A DNA stretch of 64,000 nucleotides from Candidatus Kaiserbacteria bacterium (GCA_016182485.1 JACPGH010000003.1:70331-134330); one strand, 5' to 3'; positions 46,631 through 57,851 are shown, counted from the first letter of the stretch. Notes: generated from the letters alone by a model not told the origin. Numbers and translations are program-made.

Positions 46631-46801
46631 ATGTCCAAACATGGTGGCGGGGGCGTCGTGTACGGGCTCGGGTTTATCGGGGCGGCTATCTATTACATCC
46701 AAAATGCTGCGACTTTCTGGGACGGGGTCATTGGCATCTTGAAGGCGCTCGTCTGGCCGGCATTTCTTGTCTACCACGCGCTGGCGTATTTTCAGATATA
46801 A
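46631..46801 (+). CDS. small hydrophobic protein (56 aa, two predicted TM segments)
   Basis: ATG...TAA ORF read directly from sequence (below the 60-aa cutoff of the ORF track): MSKHGGGGVVYGLGFIGAAIYYIQNAATFWDGVIGILKALVWPAFLVYHALAYFQI. Confidence 0.3.
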   Translation: MSKHGGGGVVYGLGFIGAAIYYIQNAATFWDGVIGILKALVWPAFLVYHALAYFQI

Positions 46802-46899
46802 AGCGCGATCTCGCGAAAAGCCGCAAAATTACTCTAATCTGAATTCAAAAAAACGCGAAAACCGCCAGCAGGGCGGTTTTCGCAATTTGTCTGCCTGTT

Positions 46900-48021
46900 T
46901 TACGGCGTTACCGTTATTGCCGCTTGCGCCCTCGTCCCGGAATTTTGGCCGATGAAGATATACGTGTGGCTTCCCGGTGCCGGCACCGCCATCGACCCGG
47001 TCGAGAAGCTGCCATCGCGGTTAGTGAAGGCCGTACCGACCGATGTTTCCTCATGCATGACGGTCACGCGTTCTTCACATCCGAAGTCGTGCCCGCCGAA
47101 ATCTATGTTCGTGCCTGCGCGCACGGATGCGCCATTCTGGTCGATGTGGCCGGTGCCTGAAGGAGCGGCGGTGCAGAGATCCGGGCCGCTCATTAGGCCG
47201 CTGGTTGTCGTGCCCATCCCTCCTACTCCGCGCATCATCTGCTCCATATGCGCCATGAGCATGCTCATCTGCTGCTTAAGCAGCGCGATATCCGCCGCGA
47301 GGCGCAAGAGTTCATTTTGAAGCGACGTCATATCGGTGCTAGTGGCGGTAGTTGTTGCTACCGTGCTCGTGGCCGCCGGCTGGACGAAGAAAGTGTTCGT
47401 CGCCACGCGGCCGCTCGTGCCGCCGGTCGCCGATATAGGGATGCTGCCGCTCGCGACCGAAGGAATGAACAGGGTCGTTGAGAAACTGCCGTTCGTATCT
47501 GTGGTGATATCCGTTATCGCCCCGCTGAAGTCGATCGTTATCGGCTCCGACGGCCCGAAATTCGTCCCGACGGCGATGACTGATGCGCCCGGCATGCCGC
47601 TGAAGATAGAGAGATTAAGGAAGGCCGCTGTGCTGGTCGCTCCCGCGCTCGGCGTGCTCGAGAATGGCGCGGTCGTGAACAACTGATGGCTGGACATCGT
47701 CGTACTCCCTAAAGCATCAGTTGAAATCACAGCGAAGTGATATGTCGTGCTCGCGATTAGATCGGAAAGCGCTACCATATGGTTCGTTACCAGCCCCGAA
47801 TCGAGGGTCGTACTCGCCGTTAGATCCATAGACGTCCCGTACATGACTTGCGAAGTCGCCGGCACGTCGGTCGTCCAATTGATTATCGCGGTCGTGTCTG
47901 TCGGCGTTGCTGTGATCGACGAGAGGACCGGTTCTCGAGCGCTCGCTACTGCGCCGGCGGCCAACAGTATTGCCGCTACAACCGGGACTAGCGGAATTTT
48001 GGATTTTATATACTGTCCCAT
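46900..48021 (-). CDS. secreted protein with fibronectin-type-III-like domain and Thr/Ser-rich repeats
   Basis: Signal peptide after Met at aa 59 of the ORF; ATPTDTTAIINWTTDVPATSQVMYGTS...TYHFAVIS FN3-like block; coiled-coil segment. Confidence 0.45.
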   Translation of the reverse strand: MGQYIKSKIPLVPVVAAILLAAGAVASAREPVLSSITATPTDTTAIINWTTDVPATSQVMYGTSMDLTASTTLDSGLVTNHMVALSDLIASTTYHFAVISTDALGSTTMSSHQLFTTAPFSSTPSAGATSTAAFLNLSIFSGMPGASVIAVGTNFGPSEPITIDFSGAITDITTDTNGSFSTTLFIPSVASGSIPISATGGTSGRVATNTFFVQPAATSTVATTTATSTDMTSLQNELLRLAADIALLKQQMSMLMAHMEQMMRGVGGMGTTTSGLMSGPDLCTAAPSGTGHIDQNGASVRAGTNIDFGGHDFGCEERVTVMHEETSVGTAFTNRDGSFSTGSMAVPAPGSHTYIFIGQNSGTRAQAAITVTP

Positions 48022-48431
48022 AATTGCAAACGTTATTTGTAATGAGCCTGCCGAGCTGGTATCGCGGGTGAGATATTCGCCACGGGGCGTCACGCGCAAG
48101 AATACGCCGGAAGCCGTGAAGCAGGCGTGAACCGAAAAGAGATAGCGCCGCTCGCGAGATTCATCGGCATTTAACACGAGTAAGCATATGCTCACTTAGT
48201 GAGGGCTTATGCTTGTCACTTTCGCAACCATTCTAATCATTCTTTGGCTTCTCGGGATCGTTACGGGATACACGCTCGGGTATTTTATTCATATCCTGCT
48301 CGTGGTGGCTATTATTTTGTTCCTCATACGCATCATTCAGGGTAGGAATCCCATCGAGTAGGTTTTGACACTACGACACACGGCCGGCCACTAGTTGGTC
48401 GGCCGTGTGTCGTTCAAACCGGTCCGCGAAC

Positions 48432-49013
48432 TCATCGCACACCACGGGTAAGTGTCCAGTCGCGCACGAGCGTGGCATCGATCGTGAGCGGCTCTCCGGG
48501 CGCCACCGTACCGATGAGGCCGATAAAGTCACCCGTGGTTATTCCTGCCGGAAGGCCTGAGGGGCCGATGATATTCCCCAAGCCGGCGGGCAGGACCTGC
48601 GTCCCGGCGGACATCCTCACGGTCCACATGCCGCCCCAGCTATTTACTGTGAAGGCGGATGTGGTCGCCGTCGTTGCGGAGGACGTGGCCATCGGCATCG
48701 CGATCCCGCGCAGGAGTACGCTTCCAGTCCTGTCTATCGATACGATCATCGGCGGAAAGTTGCCTTGCGGGACGCCGGGTATGTTCTGCGACAAATTGGC
48801 TTGCGGAGCCGCAGGGACCCCGAGTGGCGAGATCGGACTCTGATTGGAAGGCGAAACATTCTGGTTCGGACCAAACGTTCCTGGGGGCATGTTCACGGAG
48901 GGGGTGCCCGGATCATACTGGGCGTACGCAAGCGAAGTCGCCGCTAACAGCGCTGCGGCTCCGAATATCGCTGAGACTACTATCGGTCGCGTAGCGGACA
49001 TTTTTGATTTCAT
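48432..49013 (-). CDS. secreted hypothetical protein
   Basis: Signal peptide MKSKMSATRPIVVSAIFGAAALLAATSLAYA followed by Pro/Gly-rich mature region. Confidence 0.4.
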   Translation of the reverse strand: MKSKMSATRPIVVSAIFGAAALLAATSLAYAQYDPGTPSVNMPPGTFGPNQNVSPSNQSPISPLGVPAAPQANLSQNIPGVPQGNFPPMIVSIDRTGSVLLRGIAMPMATSSATTATTSAFTVNSWGGMWTVRMSAGTQVLPAGLGNIIGPSGLPAGITTGDFIGLIGTVAPGEPLTIDATLVRDWTLTRGVR

Positions 49014-49110
49014 ACTGCTTGTACGTCGTTTAGTTTTGGTTCTGATAAAGCCTTACGCCCTTCGCGGCGAGGGTAACATCCGAGCTATGAATTTCGAGTT
49101 AATGGTCCAA

Positions 49111-51588
49111 TTACGGCTTCCGAATGTTCGAAAAATAAATTTTCGTTAACAGATACATGACGAGACCGCTAAGGACGCCGATGCCGACAGCGGCGAAAGC
49201 CGCCGGGCGCGAGAGGGGAGCGACGCCGAAGAAGTATTGCGCGAAGGGAATGCGCAGCGCGTAGAAAAGGCCGATCCCTGCGAGCCCGCCGATGGTCCAG
49301 AGCGCCAGCCGCCTCGCCCGCGAGAGCCCGCCGCTTGCGACTTCAGACGCGAGCGCGAAGAAGAGGAAGCCCGTAACGACGATGTGCGCGATAAGCAGAG
49401 AAGGGAGCGGGTCATTCGGGAAATAGAGCTGGCCGGATAAATACGTCGCTATAGCGCCGAGAGTCTGGATCATCGAGAGCGCCAGCGGCAGCGGCAGGAC
49501 GCGTTCGAGGAACGGCTGTACCGAAGCCGGCGTCGTGCGCTCGGGCGGAGTGATCGCCCAATATGAGATAAGCAGTCCGTAGACTCCCACGGTGAAATAG
49601 TTCAAGAAGGTTATATGGAGAGGCGAGAGCGGGAATGGGTCGCCGATGACCGCGAGGGAAAGGAAGAAGAAGAATTGCAAGAACGTGGAGTTCATGAAAA
49701 TGGCGCCGAATATCTCTATGTTCTCTATCATGCTGTCCGCAAGCCGCACGCCTGCCGGCAGCTCGACGAAACTATTTCGCATGAGCACGACTGCGGCGAT
49801 CTGGCGGGTCGCGGTCGCTCCGTCGTAAATCGCAATGCCTAGATCCGCCTTCTTGACCGAAAGAGCGTCATTGGCGCCGTCCCCGATCATGGCGGTGAAT
49901 CCGTTAAGCTTGAACGCTTCGATAAGACGCTCCTTTTGCTCGGGCTCAATACGGGCGAAAAGCGTGTACCGGGGCGCGGTATGCGCATAGTCCGCGGCAT
50001 CCCACGCTTTCATCTCCGGGCCGGTAATCAGGGCCTCGGTGTTCTTGATGCCCGCTTTAGCAGCGATGGCACGCACCGTGGAGGGATGATCGCCCGAGAG
50101 AATTCGTATCGTCACGCCCCGGTTCTGAAAGAAGTTCACCGCGTCCTGCACGCCTTCGCGGAGCTGATTCGTCAATATGAATACTCCGGCCAAAGAAAGA
50201 CCTCTCGAAAGCTCGTGCGGGACACTGGCCGCTTCAGCGCGGACCATGCAGAGAGCGCGCTTTCCGAGAGCCACCGCGCTCTCGGTGTGTTCTGTGAGCC
50301 AGGCGCGCTCAGTCTCGCTCACGTGCGGAGAAAATATCTCCGGGGCGCCGACGAGCACCGCCGTTCCTGAGCTATTGCCTGCGACGGCGATGCCGCCGTA
50401 ATGCCGCCAGGAAGAGAACGAGAGAACATCCAGCACGGCGCGCTCGGGCGCGGGGCCGATATAGGATTCGACTGCTTTGATCGTCTGCGAAGAGTCGCCG
50501 GAATGACGGACGTACAGAGCTGCCAGGTCGCGCGCTTCCGAATGGTCTCCGGCCGGGGGTACGAGGAATTGTTCGACCGCGAGCTCGTTCTCGGTAAGCG
50601 TGCCCGTCTTGTCCATGCAGAGATTTTTCACGCGGCCGAATTTCTCCGTAGCGTTTATTTCCTGCAGGAGGACGTGCCGGTTGTAGAAATGGCCGGCGCC
50701 GTACGTGAAAAGGAGAGTCGTCGCGACCACGAGCCCTTGCGGGACGAGCACGCTCGCGAGCGCCCCGATCTGCTCCACTATGCGGGCCGCCGCCTGTTCT
50801 TGAAGCACGCCTCGCGCAATGACAAATAGCGCCACGGCCAGCAGAACGAGCACGGTGTAACGGATGATAGTCTCCACCGACTGCTGTATCGGGCTCGGAT
50901 TGGCGGAATACCGCGCGAGTCCGCGCGCCATGGCGGCCATGCGGCTCTCGGCGAATGCCGTGTCGGCACGCATGACTCCGGTTCCCGCGGTAACGACGCT
51001 GCCGGCGAGCATGCCTGCTCCCTCGCCTCGGGGAAAGGAATCGGATTCGCCCGTTATCAGCCCCTCGTTCACTTCCAGACTCGTGCTTGAAACAACGATG
51101 CCGTCAGTGGGCGCTTGGTCGCCGAGCTTGAGCGCCAAAAGATCTCCCTTGCTCACGGATTCTATTGCGATCTCGCTTCTTTCGCCGTCCGCGCTGACGC
51201 GCGTGATCTTCGGCAGGGTGAGGAGCTGCAGCCGTTCAAGAAGGAGCCAGGCGCGCAGATCCTGGCCGAAGCCGAGGAGGATATTGATGAGGACGATGGT
51301 CCCGAGGAAAAGCCCCTCGCGCGTCTCTCCGAACATGATGAGCAGAAGCACGACCGCGAAGATGATCGCGTTGATCGGCAGGGCGATATGACGCAAGGCG
51401 ATTAGAACGATCTCGCGCGAAGTGCGGCGCGCGCGGATGAGAAAAGCCATGGGAATTAGTATAGCCCACATGCGAACGTTGCGGTTCGGGCTGTAGGCGT
51501 TATGGTAAAGAGCGGACAATGTTCCTGTGGTCGGAGCCTTTCCCCGAGGAGGAGGAAGACATGGAGGAAGTAGCGCATAGTGTCGCAT
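49111..51588 (-). CDS. P-type cation-transporting ATPase (P2-type)
   Basis: DKTGTLT phosphorylation site, MIGDGANDALSVKKADLGIAI hinge motif, TGES-like actuator; true start may be the internal Met (MWAILIP...). Confidence 0.85.
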   Translation of the reverse strand: MRHYALLPPCLPPPRGKAPTTGTLSALYHNAYSPNRNVRMWAILIPMAFLIRARRTSREIVLIALRHIALPINAIIFAVVLLLIMFGETREGLFLGTIVLINILLGFGQDLRAWLLLERLQLLTLPKITRVSADGERSEIAIESVSKGDLLALKLGDQAPTDGIVVSSTSLEVNEGLITGESDSFPRGEGAGMLAGSVVTAGTGVMRADTAFAESRMAAMARGLARYSANPSPIQQSVETIIRYTVLVLLAVALFVIARGVLQEQAAARIVEQIGALASVLVPQGLVVATTLLFTYGAGHFYNRHVLLQEINATEKFGRVKNLCMDKTGTLTENELAVEQFLVPPAGDHSEARDLAALYVRHSGDSSQTIKAVESYIGPAPERAVLDVLSFSSWRHYGGIAVAGNSSGTAVLVGAPEIFSPHVSETERAWLTEHTESAVALGKRALCMVRAEAASVPHELSRGLSLAGVFILTNQLREGVQDAVNFFQNRGVTIRILSGDHPSTVRAIAAKAGIKNTEALITGPEMKAWDAADYAHTAPRYTLFARIEPEQKERLIEAFKLNGFTAMIGDGANDALSVKKADLGIAIYDGATATRQIAAVVLMRNSFVELPAGVRLADSMIENIEIFGAIFMNSTFLQFFFFLSLAVIGDPFPLSPLHITFLNYFTVGVYGLLISYWAITPPERTTPASVQPFLERVLPLPLALSMIQTLGAIATYLSGQLYFPNDPLPSLLIAHIVVTGFLFFALASEVASGGLSRARRLALWTIGGLAGIGLFYALRIPFAQYFFGVAPLSRPAAFAAVGIGVLSGLVMYLLTKIYFSNIRKP

Positions 51589-52003
51589 TTCATAGGAGCG
51601 GGAATAGTGATTCTCAACTATTTCTTCGCGGCGAAAGCCCCAGGAGGGACGCTCATGACTAAGCTCCTCATTGTCCTCTTAGCGGTTGCGGCCTTGTACG
51701 CGGAGCCGTCGATTATCCTATTCCTCGGGATCCCGGCAGTTCTCGGAACAGTCCTCTGCATCGGGATCGCTGTCGTTCGTTCGCTGCTCCACTCAGGAGA
51801 TCCGTGTAACGATCTGGAGCCGGAGCGGCTCAATCGGCGGGAGATCACTCGAGTGCAATGAAAATCCGGCGGCTCGCTCTGCGAGCCGCCCTCCCCTGAG
51901 TTCGGGAATCATTCCTGAATTCGGGGTAGGGGAAAGCTCGCCTGCCTGCTCGCCTCGCTGCATTTCCGGTGAAGCGGGTAGGCAGGCGGGGTATGATAGG
52001 GCA

Positions 52004-53377
52004 ATGAACAAGGGCGCGTTGGAGAAAGAAATCGAAAAGGCTTTCGAAGCGCCCGCGCAGTTATTGGAAGAAGCGGTCGACAGGGTACGGGAGAACGAAA
52101 AGAAACTGATCAGCAAAGCGCCGTTCAAGCGGGCAGAGGAGTACTGGAACACGCTCGGCCCAGGGCTCACGACCGGCGCGGCCGACGATGACCCCTCCGG
52201 CATCGCGACGTATTCGCAGGCGGGCGCGCGCTACGGATTCCAACTGATCTGGACGTCGTTCTTCACCTTTCCGCTCATGGCGGTTGTGCAGGAGATGTGC
52301 GCGCGCATCGGGATCGTGTCCGGGCAGGGACTCGCCGCCAATATCCGGAGCCATTATCCCGCCCGCATCCTATACGCGGTAACGGCTCTGCTCTTCGCGG
52401 TGAACGCATTCACCATTGCCGCGAACTTGGGCGCTATGGCGGCCGCCACCAGGCTCCTCTTGCCAGCCGCCAGCTCGGAGATGCTCGTTATCTTCTTCGC
52501 CCTCTTCTCCCTCTTCCTGCAGATATTCACCACCTATGCGCGATACGCGAAATATCTGAAATATCTGGCGCTCGGGCTCCTTTCATACGTAGCGGTCGCC
52601 CTCTCCTTGGGACTCGATTGGGGCGACGTATTCCGGCACCTCGTCCTCCCTTCCATAACCGCTTCCAAAGAGCAGTTCTTCTTGCTCGCCGCCATTCTCG
52701 GCACCACCATTTCTCCCTATCTCTTTTTCTGGCAAACCTCGCAGGAAGTAGAGGAGCGCATCGCCCAAGGCGGGGCAACCGTCGTGTACCGCTCTGAAAT
52801 AAACAATAAGACCATGCGCCGCATGCGGATTGACGTATGGAGCGGCATGTTTTTCTCCAATCTCATCACCTTCTTTATTTTCGCGGCAACGGCCGGGACG
52901 CTGTATGCGTACGGGATACGGGATATCGTTACGGTCGAACAGGCGGCTTTAGCGCTGCGCCCCTTTGGAGAATTCGCGTTCTGGCTCTTCGCGGCCGGCA
53001 TCGTGGGGACGGGCCTGCTCTCCGTGCCGGTACTTGCGGGCTCGGCGGCGTACGCGCTCGCGGAAAGCTTCAAATGGAAGTACGGCCTTTATCTGAAATT
53101 AAAGCAAGCCCGCGCCTTTTACGGCGTCATAATCGTTTCGATGCTGCTCGGGATCGCGGCTAATTTCATCGGGCTCGATCCCATCCGCGGGCTGATATAT
53201 GCCGCAGTCGGCAACGCGCTGATCGCGCCGTTCGTTCTCTTCTTTGTCGTGCGCATAGCAGGCAGGAAGAGCATCATGGGCCGGTATGCGAGCCATCCGC
53301 TCATCTCGTTCGCCGGCTGGTTCACTATCCTCGTCATGGCGGCCTCGGGCGCGGCCGCCATATGGGCGGTGGTTTAA
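52004..53377 (+). CDS. mntH: NRAMP-family divalent metal (Mn/Fe) transporter
   Basis: GPGLTTGAADDDPSGIATYSQAGA consensus segment; 11-12 TM; start chosen at MNKGALEK. Confidence 0.8.
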   Translation: MNKGALEKEIEKAFEAPAQLLEEAVDRVRENEKKLISKAPFKRAEEYWNTLGPGLTTGAADDDPSGIATYSQAGARYGFQLIWTSFFTFPLMAVVQEMCARIGIVSGQGLAANIRSHYPARILYAVTALLFAVNAFTIAANLGAMAAATRLLLPAASSEMLVIFFALFSLFLQIFTTYARYAKYLKYLALGLLSYVAVALSLGLDWGDVFRHLVLPSITASKEQFFLLAAILGTTISPYLFFWQTSQEVEERIAQGGATVVYRSEINNKTMRRMRIDVWSGMFFSNLITFFIFAATAGTLYAYGIRDIVTVEQAALALRPFGEFAFWLFAAGIVGTGLLSVPVLAGSAAYALAESFKWKYGLYLKLKQARAFYGVIIVSMLLGIAANFIGLDPIRGLIYAAVGNALIAPFVLFFVVRIAGRKSIMGRYASHPLISFAGWFTILVMAASGAAAIWAVV

Positions 53378-53385
53378 ATGTAGCA

Positions 53386-53420
53386 AGTGTGCAACGCCAA
53401 AGTGTGCAACGCCAGGCGTT
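53386..53420. repeat. GTGTGCAACGCC direct repeat x2 plus inverted copy
   Basis: GTGTGCAACGCC-aaa-GTGTGCAACGCC-a-GGCGTTGCACA immediately after mntH stop. Confidence 0.4.
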
Positions 53421-53429
53421 GCACAAGTT

Positions 53430-53476
53430 CGCATATCAAAGATATTGGACGGTCGGCGAGAATCGTTGATATCTTT
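53430..53476. repeat. palindromic motif copy B (CATATCAAAGATAT...GATATCTTTCG)
   Basis: Shares CATATCAAAGATA and GACGGTCG core with copy A at 18686-18730. Confidence 0.45.
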
Positions 53477-53496
53477 CGTGCAAAAACAAAGCGCCC

Positions 53497-53526
53497 CGAG
53501 CCGAAGGCTCGGGGCGCAAGAATGCT
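53497..53526. terminator. GC hairpin terminator between convergent genes
   Basis: GCGCCCCGAGCC-gaa-GGCTCGGGGCGC perfect stem. Confidence 0.5.
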
Positions 53527-53663
53527 GCTACGGTTGACCTCCACCGCCAGGAGCGTTCGTTTCGCGTAGATTGTCGCAGGGCTCTGCGCTGGGTGTCCGC
53601 ACAGAACCGAAAGAGCTGCAACCGGCGCGGCGGGGAGGCGAAGCCTTCCCGCCGCGTTTCAAG

Positions 53664-53948
53664 CTAGATTTCCCGCACTTCGGCCATGGCGACGCGGATC
53701 GCGTCGCCGATGCTGCCGATGCTCCACGGCTCGGTGACGCTCCGGTCGAAATACCGGAACGCCACCAGCATCTCCTGCGCCGGCCCATAGTGGCTTAAGG
53801 CCACCACATCGAGCCGAGCGCCGCTAACAGCGCTGATCTCGACCTGCTCGTACGTCCCGATCGAGACCAGTGTTGAAGAAAGATGCTCGCGCAGCGTGGT
53901 GGTCGCAGTCTCAGGGCCGCCTTCGTTGACCATTGCCATGACGTTCAT
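53664..53948 (-). CDS. small protein, possibly YbjQ/UPF0145-like
   Basis: About 95 aa from Met MNVMAM; weak resemblance only. Confidence 0.25.
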   Translation of the reverse strand: MNVMAMVNEGGPETATTTLREHLSSTLVSIGTYEQVEISAVSGARLDVVALSHYGPAQEMLVAFRYFDRSVTEPWSIGSIGDAIRVAMAEVREI

Positions 53949-54247
53949 TCCTATCTCCTCACGCGCAGCTTCGAACGTTTCGCAGTTTGCCCCCATGGCT
54001 CGCCGCCGAACTGTTCCCATAAGGGAATTGTGTCCGCAAAGGCCTTTTTAAGGGCAATGCTCCGTTGGAGCTTGCAGTGCGGACTATGAGTCTGTCAGAG
54101 AGCCACTTGCTTGTTGCTAAGTTAGCATGTTTAGATAGATTTGTCAAGCCCCTATCGGGAAGCGTCAAAATGGCTTATAAATAAAGGGTTTTATGGACCC
54201 CATTAGAAAGCTCGCTTCGCTCGCGTTCTAACGGGGCAAGGATACGT

Positions 54248-56140
54248 ATGGAAATAAGAAATATAGCTATCATCGCGCATGTGGACCACGGGAAAACGGC
54301 CTTGACCGACGCCATTTTGAAGCAAACTGGCGCGGTCGCGCCCGGCTTCTCGATGGACACGAACGCGCTCGAACGCGAGCGCGGCATCACTATCTATTCC
54401 AAAAACGCCGCGGTCGAATATCCCTCGAAGGACTCGGGACGTCCCGTCACCAAAATCAATATCGTAGATACGCCGGGACACGCCGACTTCGGCAGCGAAG
54501 TCGAGCGTGTTTTGCGTTCCATTGATTCGGTTCTGCTCGTAGTGGATGCGGCCGAAGGGCCGATGCCGCAGACGCGCTTCGTCTTAAAGAAATCGCTCGA
54601 ACTCGGTTTGAGGCCCATAGTCGTAATTAATAAAGTGGACAAGCCGGCGGCCGATCCCGCGCGCACCGAGGAACAAGTGCTTGAGCTCTTTTTCGAGCTC
54701 GGGGCCACGGACGAGCAGTCCGATTTTCCGGTAATCTACGCGATCGGGCGCGACGGAGTCGCCGCGCGGTCACTCGACGATCTGCCGAATCGGGGCGGTT
54801 CGGTGAACGACCTCTCGCAGCTGCTCGATCTTATCCTTGAAAAGGTCCCCGCGGCCAATGAGGGACATACGATGTCCATCAATTCGGACGCGCTCATGGC
54901 GCAGCCGTTCAACCTCGCCTACGATAATTTCCTCGGTCGGCTGGCGATCGTCCGCATTTATTCGGGAATATTGCGGGCGAATCAGTCTGTATTCGTGAAG
55001 AAGCCGGGCGGCCTGCCTGCGCAGGCAGGCGAGACCCGTTCCGGGCGCACGACAAAGATCTTCACCTTCAAAGGACTCGAACGGGTCGAGGTGCTAGAAG
55101 CCTCGGCGGGCGATATCGCGCTCGTCGCGGGTCTCCCGGATATTTACATCGGGGAAACCATAACCACCGATGAGAATGCGGCGCCGCTGCCCGCGATCGC
55201 GGTCGACGAGCCGACGATCGCCCTCAACTTCCTCGTCAATAATTCTCCGTTCGCCGGCCGGGAAGGGAAGTATGTCACGGGCCGCCAGATCCGAGAGCGT
55301 CTCGAAAAAGAACTTGAGGTTAACGTGGGGCTTAAAATTGATTTCAGTAATGCCGAGGTGCTGCGAGTTTCGGGACGCGGCGAGCTGCATGTTGCCATAC
55401 TTCTCGAGAATATGCGCCGCGAAGGCTACGAACTGCAGGTATCCCAGCCGCAAGTGATCTTTCACGTAGCCGAAGGTGGCGAGCGTAGCGAGCCGTTTGA
55501 GGAATTGATCATCGACACCCCGGCAGAATTCCAAGGCGCTATCATTGAGAAGCTCGGGCCGCGCGGATTTGTGCTTTCAGATGTCCGTCTAGCTTCCAAC
55601 ACCCAACAACCAGCAACCAGCAACTTGCCCCCAGCCTCCAGTGTCCGGCTCACGCTCGAAGGCCCGACGCGCGGATTGCTTGGATACAAGAATATGTTCG
55701 TCATCGACACGCGCGGAGAGGGAATTCTGTCGTCGCGCGTACTGGGATTCCGGCCGTATGCCGGGGAAATTAAGAAACGGCAGGTCGGTTCGATGATCTC
55801 GATGGCCAGCGGCAAGGCGCTCGGCTTCTCGCTCTGGAATTTGCAGGAACGCGGCCAGCTCTATATCAAGCCTGCGACGGAAGTGTACGAAGGTATGGTG
55901 ATCGGCAACACGTCGAAGGGCGAGGAGATGATGGTGAATCCGACGAAGGGCAAGAATTTGACGAACGTTCGAGCCTCTGCGAGCGACGAAGCCATCACGC
56001 TCGTGCCGACCTTCGACCTCTCCATCGAGCGCGGGCTCGAGATTATGGCGGACGACGAATATCTCGAGATAACTCCCGCCTCAGTGCGTTTGCGCAAACA
56101 ATATCTGACTGAAAACGAGCGCGCGAAAGCACGGCGCTGA
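54248..56140 (+). CDS. typA: translational GTPase TypA/BipA
   Basis: G1 AHVDHGKT, G3 DTPGHADF, G4 NKVD; EF-G-like domain order; 630 aa. Confidence 0.85.
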   Translation: MEIRNIAIIAHVDHGKTALTDAILKQTGAVAPGFSMDTNALERERGITIYSKNAAVEYPSKDSGRPVTKINIVDTPGHADFGSEVERVLRSIDSVLLVVDAAEGPMPQTRFVLKKSLELGLRPIVVINKVDKPAADPARTEEQVLELFFELGATDEQSDFPVIYAIGRDGVAARSLDDLPNRGGSVNDLSQLLDLILEKVPAANEGHTMSINSDALMAQPFNLAYDNFLGRLAIVRIYSGILRANQSVFVKKPGGLPAQAGETRSGRTTKIFTFKGLERVEVLEASAGDIALVAGLPDIYIGETITTDENAAPLPAIAVDEPTIALNFLVNNSPFAGREGKYVTGRQIRERLEKELEVNVGLKIDFSNAEVLRVSGRGELHVAILLENMRREGYELQVSQPQVIFHVAEGGERSEPFEELIIDTPAEFQGAIIEKLGPRGFVLSDVRLASNTQQPATSNLPPASSVRLTLEGPTRGLLGYKNMFVIDTRGEGILSSRVLGFRPYAGEIKKRQVGSMISMASGKALGFSLWNLQERGQLYIKPATEVYEGMVIGNTSKGEEMMVNPTKGKNLTNVRASASDEAITLVPTFDLSIERGLEIMADDEYLEITPASVRLRKQYLTENERAKARR

Positions 56141-56458
56141 TTCAGATAAAAGAGAAGCCCGCGTGAGTCCCGACGGTCGGGACTCACGCGGGCTTGGTTC
56201 CGCGCTTGACGGCACCGCGCGCAATCTTCTTGAAGATGGCGCGGCATTGCCGGCAGCTTCCGATGTGCGTATAGACTGATACGAACACTTCGGAGGAAAG
56301 ATGCAGGCGAGCAAACTTTGCCAGCACATGACGATCGGGATGCTGTGCCATACTACCTCCTCTTCGCAAGGATCGTTTGAGCTAACCTAGTATAACGTAA
56401 TTTAATAAATGATGAGGCCGCCTCGCCGAAGGCGGGCGGCCTGTGAATTGAGGATTGA

Positions 56459-57223
56459 TCACCTCATCGCGTAGTCCGCGATATACGCGGTGATCTCGAG
56501 GCGCAGCTTTGGATCAATCCGACCGCACTCGACGTAGAGGTCGAGCAGGTCGGCGATCGTGAAGACTGTGTGGAGCTCGCAGCCGTGCCTGGCGAGCTCT
56601 TCTCGGCCGCCCTGCTCGCGATCGACGAGCACGACGACGTCGGTGACTGCAAGGCCCGCATCCCGCAGGACCTTGATCGCTTCCAGCTTCGAATCAGCCT
56701 TGGTGATCATGTCATCTACCAACAGTGCCGTTTGCCCTACTGCCGCCAGGGCGCTCCTATGAGGTGCGATGGACCGCGTCCCGCCGTTCTCCTCCTTTGC
56801 AAGCGAGCACCACGCGGCGACGGCGAGCCCGGCGATCACCTTGGCGAATGGATCTCCCGCGCGGGGCACACCAACGACGACGTCGATGTCGAACGCGGAG
56901 TCCGAGTCCTCCATGACGAGCGAGCTCCACATGCACTCCGCCGCGTGCTCGACAAGCTCGGGTGTGAGCGGGCCGGGCGTCGGGCTGTACGGCGTGCGCA
57001 GGTTGAGGAAGAACGGCGAGAGCGGATCGGACGGATTCTTCTCATGATGCTTGAGCAGGAAGCCCCGCTCGGGACCTGTCGGCCCTTGGCGCTCGATGAC
57101 GCGCGGATGGTCGGAAGCGGAGGTCAGTACCGATCCCACATCCATGAGCGCGAGACCGAGGGACCGTAGCTTACCGTATGCGGATAACACGTTACTCCTC
57201 CTTCCTGGTTGATACCAAGGTGC
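56459..57223 (-). CDS. pyrE: orotate phosphoribosyltransferase-like (type I PRTase)
   Basis: PRPP-binding loop ALLVDDMITKADS; FFLNLRTPYS resembles the PyrE N-region; start set at Met MAPWYQ. Confidence 0.5.
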   Translation of the reverse strand, partial: APWYQPGRRSNVLSAYGKLRSLGLALMDVGSVLTSASDHPRVIERQGPTGPERGFLLKHHEKNPSDPLSPFFLNLRTPYSPTPGPLTPELVEHAAECMWSSLVMEDSDSAFDIDVVVGVPRAGDPFAKVIAGLAVAAWCSLAKEENGGTRSIAPHRSALAAVGQTALLVDDMITKADSKLEAIKVLRDAGLAVTDVVVLVDREQGGREELARHGCELHTVFTIADLLDLYVECGRIDPKLRLEITAYIADYAMR

Positions 57224-57304
57224 CATATTCGCCGGACCGTTCCGGCGATTCCGGGCGCATAGTAGCAAAAGAAACGGGCGTCGGCCATTGGCCGACGCCC
57301 GCTG

Positions 57305-57751
57305 CTATCTGCTCGCGCAGACACGCGCGATGAGGCCCGTCTTGATCTCGGCGGCGAGCTTCTGCGCCGCGGCGACGGGGTCCGGCGCCGCCGTGATACT
57401 CGCCCCGACGAGGACGTAATCCGCGCCATTGCGGATCGCTTCTCCCGCCGTCCGATCCCCAGACACGACCCGAGCGCCAGCCGAGATCCTGAGCCTGGCA
57501 GGCTCTCTTGTGTCGAGCTGGCCGCCCCAAAATTCCTTGCCGCCCAGCCGGGCGAACAGCTCGTTGATCTTGGAAAGGTTATAGGACGAGACGTCCGGAG
57601 GAATTCCGAGCGACTCCAGCATAGTGCGGATCAGTTCGGCGCCGATCTTGAATCCGCCGACATGCGGCGCGAGCAGTCTGACGAGCGCGAGCGCTCTGTC
57701 TACGGAGTCCACATCTAGAACGACGATGATCCTGTCCTTTGCCTCTCCCAT
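57305..57751 (-). CDS. pyrF: orotidine-5'-phosphate decarboxylase-like (short)
   Basis: IIVVLDV...FKIG N-terminal block and ADYVLVGASI C-terminal block; shorter than canonical PyrF. Confidence 0.4.
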   Translation of the reverse strand: MGEAKDRIIVVLDVDSVDRALALVRLLAPHVGGFKIGAELIRTMLESLGIPPDVSSYNLSKINELFARLGGKEFWGGQLDTREPARLRISAGARVVSGDRTAGEAIRNGADYVLVGASITAAPDPVAAAQKLAAEIKTGLIARVCASR

Positions 57752-57851
57752 CCGTGTAGTCTCCTTCGCTAAAGTAATGCGCATTCGCCGGACCGTTCCG
57801 ACGAGTCCGCAGGCATGCTAGCACCGGCGGATGTACGGATGCATTAACGGT

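Noticed and set aside
51580-51861. 93-aa ORF overlapping the P-type ATPase start and the mntH upstream region
   Set aside because: It overlaps the 5' end of a well-supported gene on the opposite strand and the mntH leader. It has hydrophobic low-complexity composition, is probably spurious, and is not annotated.
56184-56369. 61-aa Cys/His-containing ORF downstream of typA on the minus strand
   Set aside because: It is short, has no recognisable motif beyond a single CRQC, and lies in a GC-rich spacer. Evidence is insufficient to call it.
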